From Paragordius varius (taxonomy: Eukaryota > Animalia > Nematomorpha): a stretch of 64,000 bases of DNA. Shown here one piece after another: positions 49,600 to 63,100 of the stretch (positions within the stretch are counted from its first letter, which is position 1; the number at the start of each line of letters is the position of its first letter). The stretch lies in NCBI GenBank assembly GCA_964247055.1, contig OZ176050.1, forward strand, positions 14,570,001-14,634,000. The letters run 5' to 3'. A program made the translations under genes and the position numbers. The notes under the pieces are model-generated. The model was not told where the DNA came from and made no database searches. It saw nothing but the letters and a program-made list of their open reading frames with translations.

Positions 49600-50615
49600 A
49601 AAAATATTCTAAGTCCAAAATTTTATTTTGAGCGTCCGGGAGTAAGAGTGCTCAAAATAAAATATTGGACTTAGAGGCCAAACTCACTCTCTAATGGGAA
49701 AAATAAATCCTCCTTCACACGTTTGGAGAAAACAACCCTTGCAAAATAATAAGAGTTGATTTTCCCCAAAAGAGGAAATGTTCTCCCACTAGAGAGAGTT
49801 ATTTGGCCCAAAAACTCTCCACAAGTATAATGAGAGTTTGTTGTGCATTCGAGCCGGCCATCAATCAGCTCCAGGCATCCCATCTCACCTTCGCCATGTC
49901 TCAGGTATAGTAGAGAGGTTTCCAAGAGTTTCGGCCCATTGATACCCCCATCCCAATGAGCCAAGGTCCATCCAAATCTAAAAATTAGGATTACCTCGAA
50001 ATAGGCTCCTTTTCCTGTGTGGCTCTCCCATCAATCGGCCAATCCCAAATCCCGCACATTTGATCTGCCCAGGGCTTCTGGAATCCGTGATGTACGCCTT
50101 CCCATGCATCGCAATACACCTAAATAATACATTTACCTCGTAAGGCGGCTCCTTTCATTTCGCTCTCCTATTCATGTACAAATCCTTGGTTGAGAGTCTT
50201 GATTCACGTTTTTATCCCTGGTTGCCATTCGAGAAGAAGGCCTAAAGCCTTCAAAATTTCTCTTTCACCACCAGCCTTTCATATAAATTTTTTTCTGATT
50301 GCAATCATAGGTGCTTAGATAACCCAATACATTAATACATGTACTCTTGATTTCCAAATTGCGAATTACAGAATCTACGAATTTTATGGACACCTAGGCG
50401 TAATCTTAGTTTTCCGCTTTAATTAATTTCGATTTAATTTGCCAGGTCAATTCCTTATTATATGCTCTCTTTATCTATTTAATCAGCGGAATTGGTGGAT
50501 TAGTCTAATATAATTTCATGGGTTACTTTATAAATTACGTATCATCTCCATAAATATGATATATTAAATCTTTCACATGAAACGCACAAGTTCATTTATT
50601 CCATATATCACTCGT
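49600..50615 (-). repeat. Unclassified ~1 kb dispersed repeat, copy 2 (uninterrupted), ending in a long hairpin
   Basis: Reverse-complement similarity to 12160-12999 plus 13989-14090; 25-bp stem at 49609-49633 / 49650-49674. Confidence 0.85.
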
Positions 50616-51363
50616 ATGACCAATTCAAAAAATTCTACCTCGATAATTAATGTCTTAATTGGATATGGATTAATATATATAGTTATTCTATATTACGCAG
50701 GATGGAAATTTTAATTGAGAATGATAATTTAAAAGAAGATTTATAGTTGCATAGCAGTTCTTTTATGTTGCTTTTTTAGCATAACATATAAAATGGAAAT
50801 TAACACAATATTTTTATACTACTTTATCCATTGATATTTTCATCACAAATCGACGAATAACTACGTTTCAAATGCATGTTATTTTTTTGCTATATTTATT
50901 TTTACCCCATTTTATTAATCAAACTAAGCTGAAGTTCATAAAGTTATTCACACTATTGATCCGCATCGCATGTGATGTTAAAGTAAGACATTTCTTTATT
51001 AAATTTACATATCTAACACAAAAGATCACATTTGTTTATATTTCAGTTTTTCCATAATAGCCATATGGATATTATATGTAAACTTAAGTTCCAAAATCGA
51101 TGTAAAAATAGAAAATTAAAAATATTATAAAGTAAGGCTTCCTCTCTTTTATAAGTCCAAATATATTTAATATTTTACATAATCAATCAATACTGTATAG
51201 ATTAGGGATTTAAAAAATTTAATGTTATTTAAATTGGGCATTCATTTTTTTTTCATATTTTTCGAGAAATTGAATTAAAGAAACAAAATAGGATTCCCTC
51301 TTAAATATTTATGAATCTTGAAATATAGTAAATGGAAAATCGATAATGGTTTTATCTTAAGGA

Positions 51364-54300
51364 AGTTATGTTAGCCCGAAAACGCATAATTTATTTTTAG
51401 GGTATATTTGAATTGTTCAAGAATGAATTTGAATTGTTTGTGGGGGAATTTGAATTAAGGGTGTATTCGAATACTTCAAGGGTGCGTTTGAATTGTAAAT
51501 GGTATAGATTTCTAGAAAATATTTAAAAAATGCATGCCCAATATCTTTAGATTGAGCTTAAATATTAATTATCAAGGGGTAAGATAGAAAAAAATATTTG
51601 TATAAAAGTTGCAAATTATGTGTTGTCGGACACTTAAAGTAAAAGTTTTTTTGCAAGGAATTTGACAAGGGTCAGCATTCTAACTATTATTGATTATTAG
51701 TCCATAGGAATATTTCAAGTAAGACGATCTATTATGTAGCATCTCACTTAAACAAAAGGTGATAAAAACAAGGTACAGTGTTTAGAGATTAAATCGATAT
51801 TCAGAAGTATAAATTATCACGGTATAACGTCTAGGAATCTCAATATATAAATAGAATAAGTGTAAAATAGTTAAAACATTTTAATGTATTTTTGAAACAA
51901 TTAAAATATATATGTAATATAATCAATAATATTCAGAGAAAACTTCAGTGTACCGTTTAATTTTTAAGTGTAAAATGGCAGAGTTTATAGCTAAGATCCA
52001 TAAAATTAACCTGAAAAATAATAAACTAAGCCATATCGATACAATTAAAATGGTAATTATACGGACAAAATGTAAAAATACAAAGACAAATATTTTTTTC
52101 AAGAAATCCACACTTTTTAAACCTTAATATTTTTATATAAATTATATAATTCCAATTCTAAAATATATAATTGTTTGCTTTACCACTAGTCATATCGATT
52201 TCATACTTTGCAGTTTAAACAATGCTTATATTTAAAAATAATCAATATCTAAAAAGTATGGTTGTCTTTGTATTTTTATGTTTTGTCCGTATAATTTCAG
52301 TTTTTATTGTATATTTCATATTAATGAGTTATATTACCTCGAAAACTCACACAATTTATTTTTAGGGTGAATTTGAATTGTTCAAGGGTATATGATTTTT
52401 AAATTGTATAAATAGTTATAAAGTTACGAAAGTCTATTTTGGAATAAAACGGTTCAACTTACAAAAAAATCCATTAATTAAAAATAAATATTTATTTTTA
52501 GATGGCTTGAAAGTGATGTTTTTAGGAAAATCTATCGCGGAAATCAGGATACAGGTATGCTTTATATATGAAATACATAACAAAAGCACTCTCTACAACG
52601 ATTTCAAAATATTTAATCAAAAAAATTGTTAAAGCGCAATCATGTATTAGTTTGGATATTTTTATTTGGTTTTAATCTAAAACAACTTTTTTAAATGCTT
52701 ACAATATAGTCATCCCCATCAGTTTTTTGGACAAAGATTATTATGATAAGGCAAGTCCCAGGTAGGTCACTTAAAAATTATAACAAATGGGCACAAATGT
52801 GTCCACATTTATTATTTGTAAAATTACTTTTTATTTTAGATTCATAAATATGGCGGGTATTGGCATTGAAATTTTGAAGGAATGGACCTTTATTGAACAA
52901 TGTATATAATATAATGTTGTTAAATATTTAAATTGATCGATTTGTATATAAATGGAATCACTTCTTACAAATCATATATTTTTTAGCTTGTTCTACCGAG
53001 GTAATTTATTTTATATGGTATTTCTTTTTCATCACATAATTTAGATCCGTATATTGCGACAAGACCGCAATTTCCAAGCTTTTAAATTGGCCGTGATGGT
53101 ATGTATTTTTAATATCTGCAATAATTCTTATCAACATGTCTTTTTAACTCTTACAAAAGAGTACTTAATATGGCAGAGATTTACCATTTTTATTCCGATT
53201 CAGAAACTGATCGATTGTCTTTCGCAATATAGTTACAATGCTAGTATACATACCCTAAAATGCTAATAATTTCAGGTTTAAAGCAGTGAACAATATTAAC
53301 TGTAAATACAGCATCCTAAAGTAGCCCTTCGCTGCTCTTAGTGCAAAATATATGAAAATAGTATAGTAGATTAGTGTTAAAAAGATAATTGGTACCTATC
53401 CAAATTTATACATTATTTTTTAATGATCGTGATATGCGGCGTGAAACTACTGAATGTGCTCATTCTATTATATTTAAGTATAATTTGGTTTTAAACGGCC
53501 TTGATTTTTAGCAAAAAACATTTTATTCTTGTCAATATCTAGATATTTGGACGAACAAGAGAAGGGTGAAATTGAAATTACTAAAATATCATTAAAGCCC
53601 CAGCTATGTTTAGGGCCAAGCCTTCTGCAAACAATTTTTAATTAAATAGTATGGCTTTCACCCATTTTTCACTATTTGACTGAATTAAGCTTGTTTTAGG
53701 TGTTATAAGAACAAAAGATAATGTTGGTTGTTTCTTAGATATAAAATTAATAATTTAAAATTTATCATAAAGGCAATATCTAAGATAAAGCCACCTGTAT
53801 TCTTTTTTTAAAGTTCTCTGTTGACACAATAAGTTATGGCAAGCGTATTGGATTATTTGTTCTCAACTTAATTAAATCAATTTAATCTGTGTTGACCGAC
53901 CCTATTTGTTCAATTGACGGTCTTACTCCCCATAAACGAATGTAAAGAAGATTATTCCATGCCGCATTTTCAATCTAGTATCTGAATGTTCACGAATGCC
54001 TCATTTTCTTTTAAATTAGGAAAAATTATATGGTCGGTTATAACTATTGCATGCAAAAGGTGACTGTAAAAGTATTGTTGGTATTTAGCAAAATAAAACA
54101 TCTCTATCAAATTAGAAATATGTAAATTATCAATACCCTATTATGCAGATATTGTCGATAAAACCACTCTTGAAATATATTTTAAAAGTTAAATTAAACC
54201 AGTGGTAGTCAACAAAAAATTTTAAAGTGCCGAAAAATTTTTGATCCAGGACTTGGGACCATACAATATCTATAATAATTTCATAGCTTTTTGATACGTT

Positions 54301-57075
54301 TGCAACTATTTGTATCAAATAAATGGATTAAAGTTTATTCAGGGGCATAAAAAACATATATGGGCCGCATTCGACCATTGGACACCGGGTTTTTGAATAC
54401 CAATGATTTAGACGACAAAGAGAAAGAAAGTTGTTTAAAAGATATGCAGCGTTTTTTGCCAGTTATTGAATGTGACATATAGTTGAAATATATTCAAAAT
54501 TAGTGTATTATAGAATAATTTTTTAAATCATTAATTAATTTAGATTCTGAATGAAACGTTCAATTATTTGCCACCACATGAACTGCAACAAATATACTAT
54601 TGGTTCTTTGTCAAAGCCGGACAAGTATTTTATCATTTAGTTTCTATTGTGTATGATTTTATATTTTTATCTGCGTTAAATATCGGGCCCAAGTATTTTT
54701 ATAAACTATATAACAATGATAGGAAATAACAGAATTAACATGTGTTTTTGGTTTTAACCCCTACAAGTAATAATAGAAAGTTAAATACACTTTTGTGGTA
54801 AATCCATATTGAAAATAGCAAAATCTCAATTAGTAACCTTTATACTTTTTAAAGTTTACCTATTGGTATGGTTATATATATCCCAGAATTTAATTTTTAA
54901 ACAAACTACAGTTTCTAAAGTTATATTGTTCTCAATTAGAAAAAAGCTTATTTCTTTAGTTTCTCACTTTTAAAGTCTAAAAAACACATAATTTATTTTA
55001 GGGTGAATTTGAATTGTTCAAGTGTGAATTTGAATAAATGGTATAAAAAATTAAACCTAGACAAAATTTATGCTGTAATGCGAAATGATATAAACTATTA
55101 AACTTAGAATCAAATCGAATATATATGCAGATCCAATTAAACAGGATGCCTTTAATAACTCACAAGGGATTTTATCTAACAAAAATTTTTGGACAGTTAT
55201 GATTTTAATAAATATTAGTTTTAAATTTTGCAAACTATTTTTTGATTGTGATTTGATGTGGTTTTGTCTGACAAATATTTCAATTTTTTTAAAACTTTAC
55301 AGTTGAGATGTATTACACATGCCAACAATTATCACAGAACACCAAGCTATATGAATCACTTTAGGTATATTTTCCTACAGCCCATTATTATCTTATTAAT
55401 ATATTAAATTTAATTGATTATCAATACTAGATATTATTATACTTGTTCTTCGTATCTAAAAATAATTGAAATCATTTTGAATAAAGGGTTGATATTTAAA
55501 GAAAATAATATCTACACCTAAAATTAATAAGTTTGCCAAAATTTATTAATAAAAATTTTAAGTAATAAGATTTTTGTTCCCCGTTTAATATCTCTCGTTA
55601 TAAATTAATTTTGAAAATAATTAAAGAATTGGATTGATCATATTAGATATATGAAAGAATACTCGGATGCTTTCAATTGTAACGAGTCTCTCCATTATAA
55701 CTTTGAATTTAATTCAACTAATCACTGTCTCGAATATATACGCGTATAACATTAACAATTTAACATTGAGGTGATGGGCTAAATTACTATTCAACACCAT
55801 TTTTTGATATTTTATACCCCTCGGTTTTTTATGTCAAAAACTATTTTCCAAATGATTAATAAATGAAATGATTATATTATTGTTATAATAACATTTTGCC
55901 TGCCTTGTTAATAAAGACAATACCTAAAAAATAAAACACAATTTTAACAAAGAAAACAGTATGAGTAAGTAAGTATAGATTGCTAGAAAGTTAATAATAA
56001 TTGCCAAATAGTAAATACAACAAAGGGGGCAGTATTATTGGCTAATAATAGTAAAAAATACTATCCAATAATATTGCCATTTGTTGTATCTACTATTTGG
56101 CAATAATTAATAACTTTCTAGCAATATATATTTGTTCATACTGTAATGTAATTTATATTAAATTATTTGAATGCACATAAAATTAATTTTATTTAATGCG
56201 GATTAACGCACGATTTGAAACAAAATTATGCTTATGTTATAAAAAGCTTTAGATTATTGAATATTAAAATGAATGTGTTTAAAAGTCTAGAAAAGTGATT
56301 TTCTTTTTTTTGCTATTAGCCAAAATCAAAAAATCTCTTTATCGCATATTTGGTCAATTAGAATACAATAGAAGTAATATGTTAAAAATATATTTTGCTA
56401 AATTTAATAACTTTACCCTTTTTATCTATGAATTCTTGAGTATTTATATTTTCATAGTGGAGCGTTTTCTCGATATTATGGTTATATATTTTATTTTCAC
56501 CAAGCAACTTGGCAAATATGTTAGGTTAATTTTTACACCAATTAAAGGACAAATTAAATTGTCAACATGACATCTGTAAGTTTGGGAATATTCATTAGCA
56601 ATCAAAATAGAAAATTATCCATTGAAAAAACTTATATATAAAATGATATTGGGAACACCCATATTTCATAAAAATGTATCATGCCTTTTTCCATCAATGT
56701 CTTTTTAGTAAAAACGACTTTCGAATTATTCGGCTAATAAGCTACAAAACTTTTAAACTGAATTCAGAAAAATACTATTTAGTTTAATTTCAAACTTTGA
56801 TGGGAAAGCCTTTAAGGGAAAAAATGGAGTTTGTTTTCCTACATTTTTAAGTTTAATAAAAACATTCCAAAGACTTAATATATTTTAACTCAACTTAAAC
56901 AGTGGGATAGTATTAGGGTTCATCCACATATTTTTCATATGCAGATGCGGTATTGATCTCTATTAAGCTGTAGATAGAAAAGTTCTAACAATTTTATAAT
57001 CTTTTAAATTTATAATACGGAAAACCTTATAAAAACCTTATTATATTACCAAACTCATGGGATCATCCACCATTC

Positions 57076-57140
<65 letters not shown>

Positions 57141-60100
57141 GTAACAATTTTATTACAAGTGATATGTATACAAACACACACACTTATTGATTCATATATT
57201 AAGCTACTGCACTGTTTCCAATCATCTTATTATTATAAGACAAATGGAATGATAGCTTTACGCGAAGCGTCAGAGAGTGGACAGCCAAATTTGGCCCGAG
57301 CCCAATCTCTTTGCATGAGGGCAGTACAGACCTGATTCGTTACAACGAATATCAGTGTAAACCACCAAGCCTGACTGTACCCAAAAAATGAAATGGTAGA
57401 TTTGGCAGGCCAATATGGTGCTTGAGACGCTATAATAATTAGCGAAATAGCTAAATAAATCCCAATCTCACAGGTGTAATGCGGACAACTGACCCATCTA
57501 AACAAAAATTTGTGTGGGGGTAGTTCATAAACTTTGGCATTTGTGATACGACCTATAAAACGGTGGAAAAATTTATATAAATTCATAGATAACATTATAT
57601 AAATTAAAAACAGGAGAGCGGATTATGCTCTGTTCTAAAAAGATTTGCTTTTTATGCTTTTATCCATTACACTGTAAAGAAAAATATTATAGAGAAGTAA
57701 TGGATTGTTTTAAATTAAAGCGGTCCTAGTTTTCCATAATTTTTTGTTTTATTGGGACAAAGTAGAAAACAATTTCAATAATGTATAAACTATAAGCTCA
57801 TTTTCGAAACTAATTTTCAAATAATCACATGCTGTCTCCGTAAATAAATAGATATTGGGCATATCAGCCCTATAGCATAAATATTAACGTGTGGTTCGAA
57901 AACATGTAACCACCGAAAGATTTATTATAAAATATAGTACAGAAAAGATATTGTTTTAAGGCTCATAAATGCTATGCACGACTTAACTGGCAACTTGATT
58001 TTGAAAAGAAAAAGATTATATTTATGCTTAATTATTTTTTTGCCTCCTAAATTTTATAGGAAAATTAAAAAATATCATAAATAATTATAATTTTATAGCT
58101 CTTTTTGTGCCCTCAGGCCAGGAATTAAGCAATACCAATGAAAATTACAGGGTTTTGTTTGCAGGTTAGTGGCAAAAGCGCACTCCCTGGTTAATATAAC
58201 GGGAATCATTATGAAACGATGCCATAATTAAAAAAATTTAACCTAAAAAATATAGAATGGCTTATTAACTGCATTATTTGCATGCTAACGATTTCTGTTT
58301 AAAATATTTTTTCATATGCAAAAAAGTAAGAGGGCCATATAGGAGAACCATACGTCCTAAGTTATATTGATGATTATATAAAAGTTTTATTGGAATAGAA
58401 AAAAATTCATGCTTACAACTCAACTTTTTAACCGATAATTAAAGAGGGAAGGATTTAATAGTAAATACAATTGTAGGACCACCTTATTTTAAAGTGATTT
58501 TATCCTTTAAAAGGGAAAAATAAAATATTTTATCATAATTTACAAACTTAAAACAATGTGGGTGTATCCCAAAATAAGATGCAAAACATTAGATTTGGAT
58601 TTCGGTGAAAATATCAATCATAATCGTTGTATTAAATTTCATTGATGTCTGAAACATCCTTTATAACATAAATATACTTTATAGCCACCACTTGAATACT
58701 TAATGGAATTATCAACCTAATTTCTGCCGAAACAGTCATGTTGTAAAAATCATTTATTTATTTATTTTAGTTATTATACAGTATTTATACTTATTTTAGT
58801 TATTATAAAATATTATTCATTTTTAAAGTATATTGAATCATTGGTTGGAGAATGACAATTTCTAATTAGCCCACTCTTAAAAAGATGATTTAGACCTTTG
58901 AATAAAACAATCTCATATAAACAAACTTATTTGAATGTTATTTGTAATATAATACATATTCAAATGTATATGAATTTTATTCCATAGACAGCATTCAAAA
59001 GCAATTATGGCTAAATTTAAAGATCTATCATTCAGGCAAAAAAGTAATTTTTATTGTATCAAAGAGATGTGTCGTTTCAATCAAAAATTTTGAATTAATG
59101 CATGTGTGACTTTCGTCTGATATAAACGAAAAGAAAATACCTAAATATGGATAATATTTTATTTAAGCTGAAATCATAGTTTACTTGCCAAATAAAGATA
59201 TATGATAGATAATTATAGCATAAAAAGGTTTTAAGGGATAATGTAGGGATTTTCGATAAACTAAAATATATTTATAAAATAAATAAATTTATAAGTGAAA
59301 AAGTAAATTCTAATATGTATATTCATATTGTGGTTTTTTTATTTCAATTACTATAACTCATTTTGTATTTAATAATCTAAATATTTACCTTATGGTAAAG
59401 GGCAAATTAAATCCAAGGCTTTAATCAAAATTAGTAATATTTAAGCTAGGACTATAAGTTAGATTTATATAAAAAATATGCACATATAAATTAAAATATA
59501 TTAGTGTTCATAATTATTTATTCGTCCAAATAATATCAACTTTCAAAAGCATTTTGGACACAGATTGCAGCTATACAAAATATATTAAATGCAAGTCTGA
59601 CAATTTTGGGAGGAATATTCTGGTTTATTTGATTATGGACAGAAAACACACATACCATAAGGTAATCTGAAGAAAACGAATCATTTCTAATCCCTCACCC
59701 TAAGTTCCTGACATTTGAATTTTTAAATTTTTTTACTAAATATAAAATTTTGTTTTATTGCATTCAAAATTCATATTAAAAATAAGTGGAAATTCTCTCG
59801 AGCTTTGGTTTATTTTCTATATGTTTGAATAAGTTTTATCAAGTTATTATTTTTCAGTAAAGTGACTTTTTCAAAAATAAAATAAATTTTTACAATTGAA
59901 TTTAATATAAATAATAGTTATATATAAATTGGGTGATAAATAATTTCATGGCCATTACACTATAATCAGATTATATAAATATGATAATAGTTAAAATTTG
60001 ATTTTACCATACCTTTAATATATCTCTATACGATTTTCCAATTTAAAATCATAAATGGTCTAGTTGGCGAATTGGTGAATTATGTCGTCGTTTTATTTAT

Positions 60101-63100
60101 ATACGTTTTAGATGTCCTATTTAGTCATTCAACAAAAAATAAAGCACAATGAGAAATTTTTTAGCAAATAATAATTTTTAAACAAAAAAAACTAACTAAT
60201 TAGTTGATAACATCAATCAATATAGGATGTATTATTTAATCGAAATTAAAGCACTTATAACCCGCATTTAAGAAATTATAAATCTTCTTTTTATTTTCTA
60301 TTGCCATTTATTGGGTGTCAACTTTATATAAACCATTGATATTACATTGACTAAATCAAAATTAGCATATTGTATTTAATTTTTTTAACAGCGATATTAT
60401 ATTAAATTTTTATTGTTGTTACCATTTGATCTTCATTTCCAAATGTGTCAAATCATTAAATAAATGTATGTGATCTAATATCTAATATTAGTTTTAAGGA
60501 ATTTGAGATTAAATTAGAGAATAGGAATAATCTGTATGCAAATAACAGAATATTTGAGCATGAGTGACATAATAAGATAAATTAAAATTAAATTTACAGA
60601 TTACTGAATAACTTTCTAAGATATCAAATAAAAAGTAATACTATGCCTGTTAATTATAAATTTGATAATTATATTTCAACATATGATATAATTGAAGGCT
60701 TACAGCTAAAATATTCATCCTCTCTACTGAAACTAGCACAGATCTATAACTATTAGTCAAATACTAAATCTAACCTATCCATTACATCGTGTTAAAATAT
60801 CTATTCAATTTTAATATCATTTCACATATTAATAATATAAAAAGAACTTTCAAAAGAAATACGTGGGTCTCGGCCTGCTACGCAGACCGAAGAAGTCCTA
60901 CGGACTTCTTTAAGGAAATGAACCAACTCCAATCGCTCACCCTAACCCTAGCCCACAAACTCGAGAGCCCTAAAATTAAATCTGCATTTAAATAATTGAA
61001 ATATTATTAGTGGTTACATAATTTTAGAGTATATTAATGAATGCTAGTTGAAAAAGATCAAAGGTTATCTATCAATTAGCGTTTTAAAAAATGAGTGGAA
61101 CTAATATAAATTCGTGTGAGAGTTAAATTATAATATCCAATACTATCGATTGCCCATTCCGCTTGGTATAATATCAAAGTTAGGTAGAACTACTTCAAAT
61201 TTAGTTTGAGTTTCATATTTCTAATCAAATAATTGATAAATTTGAGAAATATTAGATTAGTTAGGTTACTTATTGATGATATTATAATGAGAATAAAAGT
61301 CAACGTTTGTAATAATTATTTTACAAGTTTTTAATCATTGCTGAAATATCCAAATGTTTAAAATTTTTATCAAACAGTACATGGTTTTTATATAATATTA
61401 AAACAAATATTTATAACTTATTTTGATTTTAAATTTATTAAAAAAATTTTCTAGATGGCTTAAAGTCTTTATAAAACAAAATTGAAATGAAATAATTGCC
61501 TGATATATCTCATAAATGATATTTAATTAATCTAGAATTATTTGCTATCACTTTCAGATTAAATTATGAATAATTAATAGTTTAATAATTTTTATATAAA
61601 ACTAATCAGATGCGATCAACTTTAAATGATTACGTTTAGTTGAAATTTATATAACATTAAGAATAATTAATTATATTTTAAAATTATTTTAGATATCTTA
61701 AGGCAATTTAAATCTAAGATTTTACGTATGTAACTTAACATTATTAGGGATATTTAATCAAACTACTTAACCTAAAATATTTATATTTTCTATTTGGATT
61801 CAAAATATGTTCAAAACTTTTTTTTTTCGCCAAATTTATTTATTTATGTATTTAATTTTATTTATTTTTTCCATTATTGCATCATCCTATATCTAAAAAA
61901 TTTTAAACATTTATTCATACATGGGAGGTAGAGAGGGAGGGGGGAATTAATATAACAATATTTAACAAACAAACAAACAAGCAAGAAAGGGATATAATAA
62001 TACGTGCACGATTTTTCTAGAAGGGGGGAGAAAAGGCGCAAATGCGCACATTAATTTGATTGGGCAGAGAGGGAATGCACGTGTTCCCTCTCTATATAAA
62101 CCCAAAAAATAAATACATATTTTATTTTTAATTTTTTTTTGGAATTTACATTTCGTGCATAGATTGTTTTCCAATTCTCTTCCTATATCTTTTGTCCCGA
62201 CTATGCAATGTATTGCTCTATTCATGGATATTTCATAACACATTTAAGGTAAAAATTTTATTTTAATTTATAGATTAATTAACCCTTAAACCAATAGACT
62301 CTTATGACAATGAATACTGAAAACAAGGAGAGATTGTGCAACAACTGGAATGCCAAATCAAACTATAACATTTTAGCCTAATTATTGGTAAGTTGCGCAT
62401 GTTTTTTATATGATTTTTAGATTGTTAAATTTGTCTTAAAATATTGTGTCGGAATTAAGATTAAATTTTAAAGTTAATGTTTTTTAATCTTTTCTTGCTT
62501 TTGCCCGATATTTTTTCTTTTACTTGTAAATTTTAAACAATATCTAGAATTTAATTTTAGTTTGTTTATTGGAATAAATGGCTAATTATTGTTGGAAATT
62601 TTTAAAATTTTTTTATTTTTGGATTGCAAAGATTATCGTATTACTATTTATATTGAGTCCTATACTTTTTTATGTTAAATTTTAATAAAAACGTTGCAAA
62701 TATTATCAATTCTCACTGCAATTATTCTAATAAATGTCTATTTATTTTTAATTATATATTGCTAACAAGGTATGAATTGGCTTGAACTTGTAAAATACAG
62801 AAACGTGGGTTTTTATATTTATATAGCCAATTTCACTCATTACTTGTAAATTCTAACAAATGTTAATTAAAATAAAATTAAAACTCTTAATATTTTTGAT
62901 TTACTAAAAGTTTCTAGTGTTGCTTAAATAAAAGTTTAAAATAAATTATTTTTTAGAGTGAGTAGCAGAAGGAAGTTAACATAAAGTGTATTAAATTTAC
63001 ATTTAAAATTCTAGAAATGATCTAAATCTTAAAAACACTGATAATTGTGAGAAGAAACAGCAATTTTTTCTGATTATCCTAAATCTTTTCAAGTTGTTAA

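Noticed and set aside
49671-49964. ORF 49671-49964 as a stand-alone host gene
   Set aside because: Lies inside a dispersed repeat, starts at TTG, and the frame is not kept in copy 1; discussed only under the microintron hypothesis.
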